From: Candidatus Curtissbacteria bacterium RIFOXYA1_FULL_41_14
Lineage (GTDB): Bacteria > Patescibacteriota > Microgenomatia > Curtissbacterales > GWA2-41-24
Direction of reading: 5' to 3'
Assembly (NCBI GenBank): GCA_001775095.1
Contig: MFCA01000029.1
Span: forward strand, 153,173 to 217,172
Length of the DNA: 64,000 nt
The translations under genes and the position numbers were made by a program. A model generated the notes under the pieces. That model saw only the letters and a list, made by a program, of their open reading frames with translations, did no database searches and was not told the DNA's origin. How positions within the stretch are numbered: the first letter of the stretch is position 1; each line of letters begins with the position of its first letter. This document shows, one piece after another, positions 1 to 9,299 of this stretch.

Positions 1-324
1 GAAATAAGTACCAATAACTATTAATACCCCAAATGTTGCCGTTGCGGTTCTTACAGCAAATACATTTAGTCCGAGTATTTTTACAAATAAAGCCGTGACA
101 TAAAATATTGCGGCATGCCTATAATCCTCGCCAACTCTGATGAAATCCGGTAAAAAATTACCAAACTCATCCCTCAGATTATTTGATAAAAAATAAGAAT
201 TAACACCTACTGTGACTTCATCAAAGAAAAAGCCCGCAGGTATTTGAGCAATTCTATAAAATCTTAAAAAGAAAGCTAAAAATACAATAGACAAAAAAAT
301 CAGGAAAGTTTGCTGAGTTTTCAT
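1..324 (-). CDS. ArnT/PMT-like (GT-C) membrane glycosyltransferase, N-terminal part; runs off the window start
   Basis: Not in the ORF track. ATG at 324 overlaps the stop of 321..1925 (ATGA). Reads MKTQQTFLIF...LRFYRIAQIPAGFFFDEVTVGVNSY...RDEFG, the same N-terminal DE motif as the neighbouring paralogs. Confidence 0.85.
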   Translation of the reverse strand, partial: MKTQQTFLIFLSIVFLAFFLRFYRIAQIPAGFFFDEVTVGVNSYFLSNNLRDEFGNFLPDFIRVGEDYRHAAIFYVTALFVKILGLNVFAVRTATATFGVLIVIGTYF

Positions 325-1925
325 CTAGGGTGGCCGATTTTGATCGCCTCGGTACCATTTGGATAGTAAATCGTTTTAACTACTTCAAAGCCACCTGGAA
401 AATTTCCGACATCGGCAATGAAAAGTTCATTTGGATTTTCTGGTCTTTTAGCGTCAAAGTAATATTTGTCGAAATGGTATCTTGATCCTTCTTTCTGATA
501 AGTTTTAGGATCGTATTTTGTATTGAAAAGCCAAAAGACATAGGCTTGTTCTATGGAATGATCAATATTTATTTTTTCATATTGATTTTTAACCTTTTCT
601 GATTCAACAACAGCTTCCTTATAACCATATTGCCAAAAATCTGCTTTGTTAAATGGGTAGTGAGTAAAATAGTTGTGGATATAAAGGCCAACCGAAAGTA
701 TTATCCATCCAGTATAAGCACTAAGGAATATTTTTTTAAAGAAAAATTTGTTCGAAAAGATTTGAAAAAATGCATAGGCCGAAATAATCTCTAATGGAAT
801 TATCATAGGGAGAGACCGGTTGGCATGAGGATTTGGATGAGCAGGTATTGCGGCTAAAGGGCCAAGAAGAAGCCAAGCAAGAATGAAGGCCGATTCTTTA
901 TTTTTGTTTTTAACCAGAAAATAGATTCCAAATAAGAAAAGAGGTAGTTCGAAAAGATAAAGCATACCCATGCCTTCAATGTGATGTCTAAAATTGTCAT
1001 CACCTTTTGTAAATAAGAAGTTGAAATCAAAATGTGAAAGATAGTTACCAAACCACGTTTGGCCAATAACAAATCTCCTATTGTGGATATATTTCCCCAG
1101 TCTTAATCCTAAATCTTGGTCTTGTAAAATATATTTTATTGATTTTTCGGTATCTTCAAGTCTTGGTTTGCCTGTGGTAACTTCAAATCTTTGCAAGATA
1201 ACTTTAGGCGGAATCAATATTGCTAGCGGTAATCCAATCAGGATGGTGATGATAACAAAAACAGCTAGATATTTTTTAGAAACGGCCAGTATCTCTTTTC
1301 TATAAATAATGAAGGTTCCAGCAAAGAGTAGCGGGACGAATATTCTTTCAGAGTGATAGCTGTAAGCTGATATTCCAAGTAATATGGCACTTACAATTAG
1401 CCATTTTTTATCTTTAAGACTGTATAGAAAAGCGATGATTGATCCGACAGCAAAAAAAAGGCCGACAGTTGATTCGAAACCGATCCTTGAAACTTGCAGG
1501 TGCCAGGGAGAGATAGCCAACAGAAACATTGCGCAGAGCGCAATTGTTTGTGAATTTCCATTTACCATTTTCCATTTACTATTTTCAGTCTTATCAAAAA
1601 GTTTTTTGGCCAAAAAATATATTAATGGCACAGTGAGGAATCCGAAAAAAGCTGATGGAAGTCGAGCGGCAAAAGGGGTTAGTCCAAAAATTGCCACTGT
1701 GGGCACATCCAAATACATATAGAGAGGCGGTTTGTAGTCATCAAAGGAGCGATTGGTGATTGGTAAAAAGACTCCATATTCATCTCGGCCAGTTTTAAGA
1801 ATCGAGTAGGCATTGTAAGCATTACTGTTTTCGTCCCAATCGAGGCTTGGAGGAACAGTGCTTAATTTGTAAAACCTTAAAATAAAAGCTAAAACTAAAA
1901 TTGCCCAAAAGATTTTTTTTGTCAT
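321..1925 (-). CDS. ArnT/PMT-like (GT39/GT83) membrane glycosyltransferase
   Basis: LRFYKL..PP.L.WDE, DYKPP, RLPSA and AISPWH motifs; many TM segments. Confidence 0.85.
   Translation of the reverse strand: MTKKIFWAILVLAFILRFYKLSTVPPSLDWDENSNAYNAYSILKTGRDEYGVFLPITNRSFDDYKPPLYMYLDVPTVAIFGLTPFAARLPSAFFGFLTVPLIYFLAKKLFDKTENSKWKMVNGNSQTIALCAMFLLAISPWHLQVSRIGFESTVGLFFAVGSIIAFLYSLKDKKWLIVSAILLGISAYSYHSERIFVPLLFAGTFIIYRKEILAVSKKYLAVFVIITILIGLPLAILIPPKVILQRFEVTTGKPRLEDTEKSIKYILQDQDLGLRLGKYIHNRRFVIGQTWFGNYLSHFDFNFLFTKGDDNFRHHIEGMGMLYLFELPLFLFGIYFLVKNKNKESAFILAWLLLGPLAAIPAHPNPHANRSLPMIIPLEIISAYAFFQIFSNKFFFKKIFLSAYTGWIILSVGLYIHNYFTHYPFNKADFWQYGYKEAVVESEKVKNQYEKINIDHSIEQAYVFWLFNTKYDPKTYQKEGSRYHFDKYYFDAKRPENPNELFIADVGNFPGGFEVVKTIYYPNGTEAIKIGHPR
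1554..1588. repeat. In-frame degenerate heptamer array inside GT-C gene
   Basis: atttcca tttacca ttttcca tttacta ttttcag; encodes ENSKWKMVNGN, absent from paralog 1922..3571. Confidence 0.8.
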
Positions 1926-3571
1926 GGTACTTTAACTTGGCTGACATCGTAAACTTCAAAAATTGTATCTCCTCTTAAATCGCTAATTACATGAATGGGT
2001 GCCTTTGGAAATTCAATCTCTTTTTGTCCAGTGACTATTAGGGTCTTTGTTGGCAGACGATCAATACCGGGGACTGACGACACAAAATCATATTTTCCGA
2101 TGCTATCAAAGACAACCCAATTATTTTCCTTATGCCTCGCGGCATTGGCTAAAAAGAAATTAGGGTCAACTTTTGCAAAATACAGATACTGCATATATTG
2201 ATGACCATAGTCGATTTTTCTTGAAATGACGAATTTATCGTACTCTTGTTCTTTTGAGGTAAGGTAGCTAAAAAGTTCTCTGTAGCCATATCTTTGATAA
2301 CGACTGGTAAAATATGGCTCCACCAGAAACAAATCAGATACAAATCCGATTGTAGAAACGATTACTATAATAGAAGCCAGAAGAATAAAGGCTTTTCTGG
2401 CAAAATTATTTCCTAGGTGAAGAAACGTTGCTACTAGTCCATAAGCTGCGATAATTTGGGGAACGGGCATGAAGAGGTTTATCCTGCCATAATTCCCAAT
2501 TCCCGCGATAGCTGCTCCCAATGGAAAGAAGACTATCCAGGGCAAAATAACTTTTAAACCGGGACTTTTGGCCTTAAAAAGAAAAATTAAACCAAGTATT
2601 GCCAATGGAAGCTCAAATAAATAAAGAACGCTCCGGGTCATAAAAGACTGAAATCCTGTTGGGGTTGCATTATTAAAATAAGTTTTGATCGATAAATTGC
2701 CGAAGTAGTTATTCAGATAAATCTTGGAAAATACGAGAACTTTATTGTAGCTAATTTGGCAAATGATATCGGGAAAACTCTTTCTGCATGCTCCTCTTTG
2801 TTCATTTATATCGTTATTAATTCCTACTCTGGCAATTCCAGCGACAAAACTTTCCTGTAAGAATCGAGATTGCCCTTTGAAGGTGAAAACGGTTGAAACA
2901 AGGGGTAAAAGCATAACAATACCAATGACTAGAGTTTTAACAATATAGAATTTAGGAAGCTTGAGGTTTGCACGATAGAAATATAAAAGGCTGGCAAGAA
3001 ATAAAGGGACAAAAGTCCAGGCAGATCGATAAATATAGAAAGAAAGCGCAAATCCTAAAAACGAAAAGAGGAAGAATTTTTTACTTCTTAAACCTACTAA
3101 GAAAAAATACGTTGAGATGGTTATAAAGAAAACTAACAAATCAGACTCAAAGGCATTTCTCGACGCCACTATGTGCCAAGGAGAAATTGCCAGAAAAAAA
3201 GCGGAAAAAAGTGCAATTCTTTTGTCAAAAAGTTCTTTGGAAAGTAAATAGCAAGCTATGACTGCCAAAACTCCAAACAAGGCAGATGGAAGCCGTGTTG
3301 CCAATTCATTGAGGCCAAAGAAAAATTGAGATACAGCTGTGAGGTAAAGATAAACTACAAGCTTCCAGTCTCCAAAACTCTCGAAAACCGGAAAGGGCAA
3401 AAATCTACCCCATTCATCCTTACCGGTTTTAAGAATAGAGTAAGCATTGTAGCCAAAAGCTGCTTCATCATCATTAAAGCCAATGGGAATGTTTGCAAGA
3501 TTTACAAAACGAAAGATAACTGCAATAACAATTATCGAAATTAAAGGCAGGTTATTTTTGAGATACTTCAT
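1922..3571 (-). CDS. ArnT/PMT-like membrane glycosyltransferase (no insertion at the paralogous loop)
   Basis: DDEAAFGYNAYSILKTGKDEWG, FGDWK, RLPSA, AISPWH motifs. Confidence 0.85.
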   Translation of the reverse strand: MKYLKNNLPLISIIVIAVIFRFVNLANIPIGFNDDEAAFGYNAYSILKTGKDEWGRFLPFPVFESFGDWKLVVYLYLTAVSQFFFGLNELATRLPSALFGVLAVIACYLLSKELFDKRIALFSAFFLAISPWHIVASRNAFESDLLVFFITISTYFFLVGLRSKKFFLFSFLGFALSFYIYRSAWTFVPLFLASLLYFYRANLKLPKFYIVKTLVIGIVMLLPLVSTVFTFKGQSRFLQESFVAGIARVGINNDINEQRGACRKSFPDIICQISYNKVLVFSKIYLNNYFGNLSIKTYFNNATPTGFQSFMTRSVLYLFELPLAILGLIFLFKAKSPGLKVILPWIVFFPLGAAIAGIGNYGRINLFMPVPQIIAAYGLVATFLHLGNNFARKAFILLASIIVIVSTIGFVSDLFLVEPYFTSRYQRYGYRELFSYLTSKEQEYDKFVISRKIDYGHQYMQYLYFAKVDPNFFLANAARHKENNWVVFDSIGKYDFVSSVPGIDRLPTKTLIVTGQKEIEFPKAPIHVISDLRGDTIFEVYDVSQVKVP

Positions 3572-5058
3572 TTAGAAACCACCTCATAAAACCTCATAAA
3601 ACTGTTACCTATCCCCTTTTGGTATTTGCCAATTAATTTAAGATGGGGATTACCTGGATCATCCGGAAGTTTCTGGTTTTCGTTGAAAATAAAAAATGTC
3701 TTTTTAACTTTGGCTGCGTCCAAGACTTGCTGTGGAATATCACTTACAGGCCAGAAACCATGTATCTCGATATTTTTTTCGCCGTAAAAGTAAATTAAAA
3801 GTGAATAAGGTAAAAGCCCAAAGGTACCTTCAGTCCCAACATAGACTGGCTGGCTTTTTGTTTCATGTTTTAGGATCGTCACAATTTCCTCTATACCATA
3901 ACCGGCTGGCCAGTCATTTAAATATTGACCAAGATCTGAATCGGCGATATTTGCCTTTGGAGGGTTTGTTAGCAATTTATACGAATTTATAGCTGGAAAA
4001 ATAAAAATGACTGCAAAAATCATCCACAAATATTTCGAGTAATTTTTCCACTTAATTAAATTTATGACACCAAAAGATACTAGGATAATGATATAAGGAA
4101 AATAAAAAAGCATAAAACGGGGGTATAGGACTTTATTAAAAATGCTTTCAGCCAGAAAGGGTGCCAAAACATAAACTGAAAGCAGAATAACTGGAAGATT
4201 TCGTTTAATTAAACCCCAGACAATAACCAAAATAGCAATTAAGGTCAGTGGCCAACCATTATATTGGACAAGCCATGAAATTAAGGCGTGAGGATTGCTG
4301 AGTAACTGGATAAATGGGTTATTTATAATTTCGCTCACGCTTCTAATAAATTCTGAGTTTTTGCGTGCAATCATGTAGAAAAGTGGGGATAGGCGCAAGG
4401 AGTTATAAATTACAAATGCCAATATTGCGGTAATTAAAGTCAAAAATAACCACCTTATAAATCTTTGAGACCTATTCTTTTTGCTAAAATCGAAAAGCAG
4501 TAAGGAGAATGGTAATAGATAAAGAAAGAAATTTGCGGATGATTTGGTAATCATACCAAGCCCAATGGCAAATCCGTTTAACAAGGCTGTATCAAGTTGT
4601 GGCGACTTTATCATTTTCGCGGAAAAGTAAACCGCCCAAATGCCTAACATGGTAAGCAATGAATCAAAAAGAGCCATCCGATCATAGAGAAGAGTGAAGG
4701 GCAAAATAATATAAAGCAAACAGGCCAGAATTGCTGTTTTTTTATCAAACAAGTATTTGGACAGGAAATAAATTCCGACTAGCGAGCCGAAACCGGCAAA
4801 AACTGAAACAAGTCTTGAGGCTACAAGTGGATCGGATATGAATTTCTGAAAAATCGCCGCAATCCAAATAAACAAAGGCTGTTTCCCATCCTCAAGAGAA
4901 CTAAATCTATTAGCAGGATCATGAAGTGCTACTTGAGCCCAATATGTATAAATAGCTTCATCAGTAAAAATTGGAATTATCTTTAGGTTTATTAGTCTGG
5001 TTATAAAATAGGTGCTAACCAAAACAAACCAAATTAAAAGCTGGAGTTTCGACTTCAT
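3568..5058 (-). CDS. GT-C membrane glycosyltransferase (GT39-like)
   Basis: IPIFTDEAIY, DGKQPL motif, polytopic hydrophobicity. Confidence 0.8.
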   Translation of the reverse strand: MKSKLQLLIWFVLVSTYFITRLINLKIIPIFTDEAIYTYWAQVALHDPANRFSSLEDGKQPLFIWIAAIFQKFISDPLVASRLVSVFAGFGSLVGIYFLSKYLFDKKTAILACLLYIILPFTLLYDRMALFDSLLTMLGIWAVYFSAKMIKSPQLDTALLNGFAIGLGMITKSSANFFLYLLPFSLLLFDFSKKNRSQRFIRWLFLTLITAILAFVIYNSLRLSPLFYMIARKNSEFIRSVSEIINNPFIQLLSNPHALISWLVQYNGWPLTLIAILVIVWGLIKRNLPVILLSVYVLAPFLAESIFNKVLYPRFMLFYFPYIIILVSFGVINLIKWKNYSKYLWMIFAVIFIFPAINSYKLLTNPPKANIADSDLGQYLNDWPAGYGIEEIVTILKHETKSQPVYVGTEGTFGLLPYSLLIYFYGEKNIEIHGFWPVSDIPQQVLDAAKVKKTFFIFNENQKLPDDPGNPHLKLIGKYQKGIGNSFMRFYEVVSK

Positions 5059-6830
5059 AGAGTTTTCTCTCCAATATCAAAAACTGGTGATAGGGAAAGA
5101 TCATAAATAGTACGAAGTTTTTTGGCATCCTGGGGAAGTTGGCCTGATTGAACTACATACAAAGTCCTACCCACAACAGGAATTTGGCCGGGATTATCTG
5201 AGAATTTAAATTTATCAAAACCTTCAACATCGATGAAAAAGAACTGGTTTTTGGTGACTTGAGCACTTTGCCAATATTTTTTGGGGTCAAACTGCGTGTA
5301 CAAAAGGAAGTAAATATAAGGTCTCCCAAGAGCTTTGGTAACTATAATCTGGTCAACTTGATCATATAAAGGCTTGATATCCTGTACTGCTTGTTTATAA
5401 CCGTATTGCCAATCCCCCGAATAATTTATTGGCCAGTGGAGATAGTACATATGTAAATAGTACAGAAAGTTAAGAGTCAAAAGTCCCGCCGTCGCTAAAG
5501 CTATGGCGGACAAGAAAAAGGCAGGAGTAATTAGTAGTTTTTTATATCTGATCACTTGATAAAGACTATAGAGACCAATTGCAGAGAGTATCTGGTAAGT
5601 TGGCAGAATATGAATCATTCTTAGCGCATGAGGCGTTTCTCGTGCCGTCGCGGGTCCAAGAGGCGAAATAAGTAACCACCCAATAATTAAAAAGCGATAC
5701 TTTTGTTTAGTAGCAAACAAAAAGTAGATTCCTACAAGAATAAGCGCGAGATCTATATAATAAAGCTCTCCTGTATCTTGGACAGAGAGCCGCGGATTAA
5801 CATCACCTTTCGTAAAAAGAAAACGCGGATTGAACGCATCAAAATAATGAGTGAGATATTCATATGAATAGAAAAGGCGGCGATTATGAATAATATTTGA
5901 CCACCATGAAAAATTATCTTTTTGGCGATAATGAGTTGATTGATTTATAGGATCAAGATCTTTAAAAATTGTAACTTCATCGAATCGTAATCTGCCTTCG
6001 ATAGTTTGCGTGATAAAGACAAAAAGCGGCCAGAGCAGAAAGGCAGCAATCAAAGCTGTTGCCACGACAACTTTGGTTTGGGTAAGAATCTGTTTTCGAA
6101 ATTGGATCACCAGCACTATAAGTATGAAAGGAACAAACAAACGTTGCCCGGTAAAAGTATATATTCCGGCAAGAAATGAGAGCATCGATGGAAGAATCCA
6201 AATGGGGTGATCTTGGGCGAATTTTACAAAGAGGAAAATTCCTAAAACAGAGAAAAAGAGGCCTAGATTTGCTTCGAAAGCTCCCCGGGAAAACTGCAGG
6301 TGCCAAGGGGAGATTGCAAGGAAGAAAGCGGATAGAAGAGCAATAGCTTCTGGATTTCCAATTTCAAATTTCAAATTTCTAATTTCAAATGCAAGCAAGC
6401 CAGCTTGATTCACTCCCGGAGTGTGCCAGGGCTTAACTTTGCGCACTCCGGGAGTGTGCAAAGACTGCCACCCGCTACCATTCTCGAGAAGTTTTTTGGT
6501 TAGCGGATATGTCAGCAGGACAGTCAAGACCCCGAAAAATGCTGATGGAAACCTTATCGCAAATTCATTGAGGCCAAAGACGGCAATTGAGGGCACCGTT
6601 GCATAAATATATCCAGGAGGCTTGTAATCGCCAAAGGCCGCAAAATTTGTAAAAGGCAGAAATTTTCCATGTTCATCGCGAGCTGATTTTAAAATTGAAT
6701 AAGCGTTATAGCCAAGTGACGCTTCGTCCCAATAAAGAGAGGGTGGAACGGATGCAAGTTTATAAAATCTCAATACTGCGGCAATAAAAATGATAACAAC
6801 GAGTAAATAAAAATTTAAACTTCTTGGCAT
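5055..6830 (-). CDS. ArnT/PMT-like membrane glycosyltransferase with in-frame repeat insertions
   Basis: LYWDEASLGYNAYS, FGDYKPP, RFPSA, AISPWH motifs. Confidence 0.85.
   Translation of the reverse strand: MPRSLNFYLLVVIIFIAAVLRFYKLASVPPSLYWDEASLGYNAYSILKSARDEHGKFLPFTNFAAFGDYKPPGYIYATVPSIAVFGLNEFAIRFPSAFFGVLTVLLTYPLTKKLLENGSGWQSLHTPGVRKVKPWHTPGVNQAGLLAFEIRNLKFEIGNPEAIALLSAFFLAISPWHLQFSRGAFEANLGLFFSVLGIFLFVKFAQDHPIWILPSMLSFLAGIYTFTGQRLFVPFILIVLVIQFRKQILTQTKVVVATALIAAFLLWPLFVFITQTIEGRLRFDEVTIFKDLDPINQSTHYRQKDNFSWWSNIIHNRRLFYSYEYLTHYFDAFNPRFLFTKGDVNPRLSVQDTGELYYIDLALILVGIYFLFATKQKYRFLIIGWLLISPLGPATARETPHALRMIHILPTYQILSAIGLYSLYQVIRYKKLLITPAFFLSAIALATAGLLTLNFLYYLHMYYLHWPINYSGDWQYGYKQAVQDIKPLYDQVDQIIVTKALGRPYIYFLLYTQFDPKKYWQSAQVTKNQFFFIDVEGFDKFKFSDNPGQIPVVGRTLYVVQSGQLPQDAKKLRTIYDLSLSPVFDIGEKTL
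5485..5514. repeat. 30-bp palindromic element CCCGCC..GGCGGRCAAG, in frame in CDS
   Basis: cccgccgtcgctaaagctatggcggacaag; same family as 25281-25310. Confidence 0.8.
6354..6388. repeat. In-frame heptamer array (ATTTCNA)x5
   Basis: atttcca atttcaa atttcaa atttcta atttcaa. Confidence 0.85.
6411..6463. repeat. REP-like doublet (CACTCC-N-GGAGTG x2) in frame in CDS
   Basis: Palindromes at 6411-6423 and 6444-6456, 20 nt apart; each encodes HTPGV. Confidence 0.8.
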
Positions 6831-6867
6831 ATTGATCGAAAATACTAATTAATGATAACAAATTTAC

Positions 6868-7452
6868 TTAGTTAAAAAAGATTTCATCGCAAATTAATTT
6901 CATTTGCCAATCGAAAATAAAATAGCATAAGGATAAAAATGCCAAGAGGACAAAAACTATTTTTGCCAATTTTGTTTTTAAAAAAAAATCGATTCCCCAA
7001 AGAGAAAAGCTATACCAGAATATTGCTAAGAGAAAGAAAGAAATTTTAGAATTTAGCGTAGAAATTGCAATCAATGAGGTAGTCAAGATAACTGCGAAAT
7101 GGAATTTAGGTAAATATCTTCTCTTTTCAAATACTTTCAAAAAGGCAGCGGTTGCTAAAATTAAGCCCACCGGTCCTAAAATAACCATTAACAACTTGGG
7201 TTGAAAAGCGGAAGCAAAATTTTTAGAAAATTCAAAAATGCCAACAGTCGCTTTATTGTGGAAAAACCGGGAAATATTTCTATCCATACCGAAATCGGTA
7301 TTGACGTTTGACTCGACACTAACTTTTATAGAGAGAGGATTAAAGTAAAAACTTGAAAACTGTTTGCATCCAGTTGTCTGCCAAATTCTAAAACCAAAAA
7401 GGACAACTAAAATGATGATAAAAAATATCCTGAATTTATTTGAAGGTTTCAT
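6868..7452 (-). CDS. Small membrane protein resembling the C-terminal half of neighbouring GT-Cs
   Basis: RFFHNK...NFASAFQPKLL resembles IIHNRR...HYFDAFNPRFL of 5055..6830; overlaps the end of 7436..9196. Confidence 0.6.
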   Translation of the reverse strand: MKPSNKFRIFFIIILVVLFGFRIWQTTGCKQFSSFYFNPLSIKVSVESNVNTDFGMDRNISRFFHNKATVGIFEFSKNFASAFQPKLLMVILGPVGLILATAAFLKVFEKRRYLPKFHFAVILTTSLIAISTLNSKISFFLLAIFWYSFSLWGIDFFLKTKLAKIVFVLLAFLSLCYFIFDWQMKLICDEIFFN

Positions 7453-9196
7453 TTAAATCCCACAAAGAATATATATGTCTGCCTGTCGAATCATTAGCTG
7501 CTGCTAACCATTTACCATCAACCTTCTCCCACGAGGGTGCAACATAAAGAATTCTTACCTGCCGCCTGTCGGCAGTCAGGATCTGATCATATATATTGAC
7601 ATCATCCGGAATAAAGACATATTTATCAAAATAATCCCTGTTTCCCCCAGAATTTATGAATTTCTCAGGATCATATTTCCCGTAAAAAAGCAGGTAAATA
7701 TAAGGAACCTGATTGATATTTGTTATATAGACTTTATCAAAATGATTCTGATATTTTTGCACTTGAGTCACCATTTCTCTATAACCATCTTGCCAGTCGG
7801 CAGCGAATTTTTTAGGATAATGCACGAATAAAAGGTGCAAGTATGTCAAAAATGTATAGAAAATAACAAAAGTTAATAGCACTTTAATTATCAATAATTT
7901 TTTGTTTGAAAAGATCCAGTATGCTCCAAGCGCTGAGAAAAAGGCTAGAGGTACAGACATCTGTAAAGTTCTATAAGCATGAGGCGTCGGGTTGACAATC
8001 ATTGCCGGAATTGGCGCTAAAATCAGCCAGGATAACATAATTTTAAGAGATTTTCCGCTCAGCTTTTTTAGAGCGAAAATGGAACAGACCAATAAAATCC
8101 CATCAAACAGATAAATCTGGCCCATGTCGACCTGTGAGTGTCTACCTATCTGATCGCCTTTATAAAAAAGGAAGACGGGAGAAAAGTGGTCGATGTAATT
8201 ATTAAATGCCAGATAAACATTGTATAGGGAAAAAGACCAGTATTTAGACAGAAAGCGTAAAGGTGGCTTAGAATTTTGATCATAAAAAATTCTGGCTGAC
8301 TCGTATGTATCTTGACTAAAGGCTGACTGAGAACTTGCCCTTGATTGACCTTCTGGTGAAAATGTAAAAATTATAATCGGTAAAGCCAATGTTAATGCTA
8401 AAAGTACAGGTAGTACGAATTTTGTGACTATTTTTTTGACAGCCTTAAAATGAATTAGGAGAAGTACGATCACGAACAGAGGTGTGAAAATGCGATAAGC
8501 ATGATAAAAATACATAGATAAAGTAAAGAGCAAGAAGGCCAAAGTTAAAGTTATGACTTGCTTTCTCTCGATTCCCTTAAGAAACAGATAGAGACCAAAC
8601 GTCAAGAAGAAAAGGCCTGTGGTTGATTCAAATCCACCTCTGGAAAATTGAATGTGCCAAGGGGAGATGGCCAAAAAGAAGGCGGACAAAAGAGCAATTG
8701 GTTCGCTTTTGACAACTGACCACTGACCCTTCGGTGGACTCAGGGTCATCTCTTCGACCCTAAGCCCTTTGGGTCTGAGCTCTTCGAGTCCGAGTCTCAG
8801 AGTCGAGGACCTCACGGTCGAAGACTCGTCGAATGGATGACCACTGACATTTGACTTTTCGAAAAGTTTTTTGGTCAAAAGATAAATTAATGGCACAGTG
8901 AGGAATCCGAAGAAAGCTGATGGAAAACGAACGGCAAATTCATTGAGGCCAAAAATCGCAATAGAAGGAACCAGCAGATAGTGATAACCTGGCAATTTCC
9001 AATCACCGAAACTTTCAAAGAATAGTGGCAGAGTTACTCCGTGATGGTCCTTGCCCGTCTTGAGAATCGAATAAGCGTCATAACCAAACACTGCTTCATC
9101 CCAATAAAGTCCGGGCGGATTTATCCCGAGTTGATAAAATCTAAGGATGAAGGCTAGCAAAATAATAAGTACAAGCAGAGTTTTTCTAAGGTTCAT
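7436..9196 (-). CDS. ArnT/PMT-like membrane glycosyltransferase with nested in-frame insertion
   Basis: LYWDEAVFGYDAYS, FGDWK, RFPSA, AISPWH motifs. Confidence 0.85.
   Translation of the reverse strand: MNLRKTLLVLIILLAFILRFYQLGINPPGLYWDEAVFGYDAYSILKTGKDHHGVTLPLFFESFGDWKLPGYHYLLVPSIAIFGLNEFAVRFPSAFFGFLTVPLIYLLTKKLFEKSNVSGHPFDESSTVRSSTLRLGLEELRPKGLRVEEMTLSPPKGQWSVVKSEPIALLSAFFLAISPWHIQFSRGGFESTTGLFFLTFGLYLFLKGIERKQVITLTLAFLLFTLSMYFYHAYRIFTPLFVIVLLLIHFKAVKKIVTKFVLPVLLALTLALPIIIFTFSPEGQSRASSQSAFSQDTYESARIFYDQNSKPPLRFLSKYWSFSLYNVYLAFNNYIDHFSPVFLFYKGDQIGRHSQVDMGQIYLFDGILLVCSIFALKKLSGKSLKIMLSWLILAPIPAMIVNPTPHAYRTLQMSVPLAFFSALGAYWIFSNKKLLIIKVLLTFVIFYTFLTYLHLLFVHYPKKFAADWQDGYREMVTQVQKYQNHFDKVYITNINQVPYIYLLFYGKYDPEKFINSGGNRDYFDKYVFIPDDVNIYDQILTADRRQVRILYVAPSWEKVDGKWLAAANDSTGRHIYSLWDLNETFK
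7558..7580. repeat. Degenerate CCTG..GCCGGCAG..CAGG-type palindrome in frame
   Basis: cctgccgcctgtcggcagtcagg; resembles 17400-17420; GC-rich patch in AT-rich gene. Confidence 0.55.
8707..8855. repeat. Nested composite repeat: NNNTGAC heptamers enclosing CTTCG/CTCAG-type palindromes
   Basis: Heptamers 8707-8727 and 8835-8855; TGACCACTGAC direct repeat at 8717 and 8838; inverted repeat tcttcgacc (8751) / ggtcgaaga (8816). Confidence 0.8.
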
Positions 9197-9299
9197 TTTT
9201 AACGCCTTTTTACAATTGCCCTATTGCAAGAAGCAATACTAAAGGCGAGAAAGTGGAGGCATTTCACTACTTGCAAATTCTAGCATATAATAGGCCTTT

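Noticed and set aside
1-9196. Diversity-generating retroelement or integron as the source of paralog variation
   Set aside because: No reverse transcriptase, adenine-specific TR/VR pair, integrase or attC-like sites seen in the window
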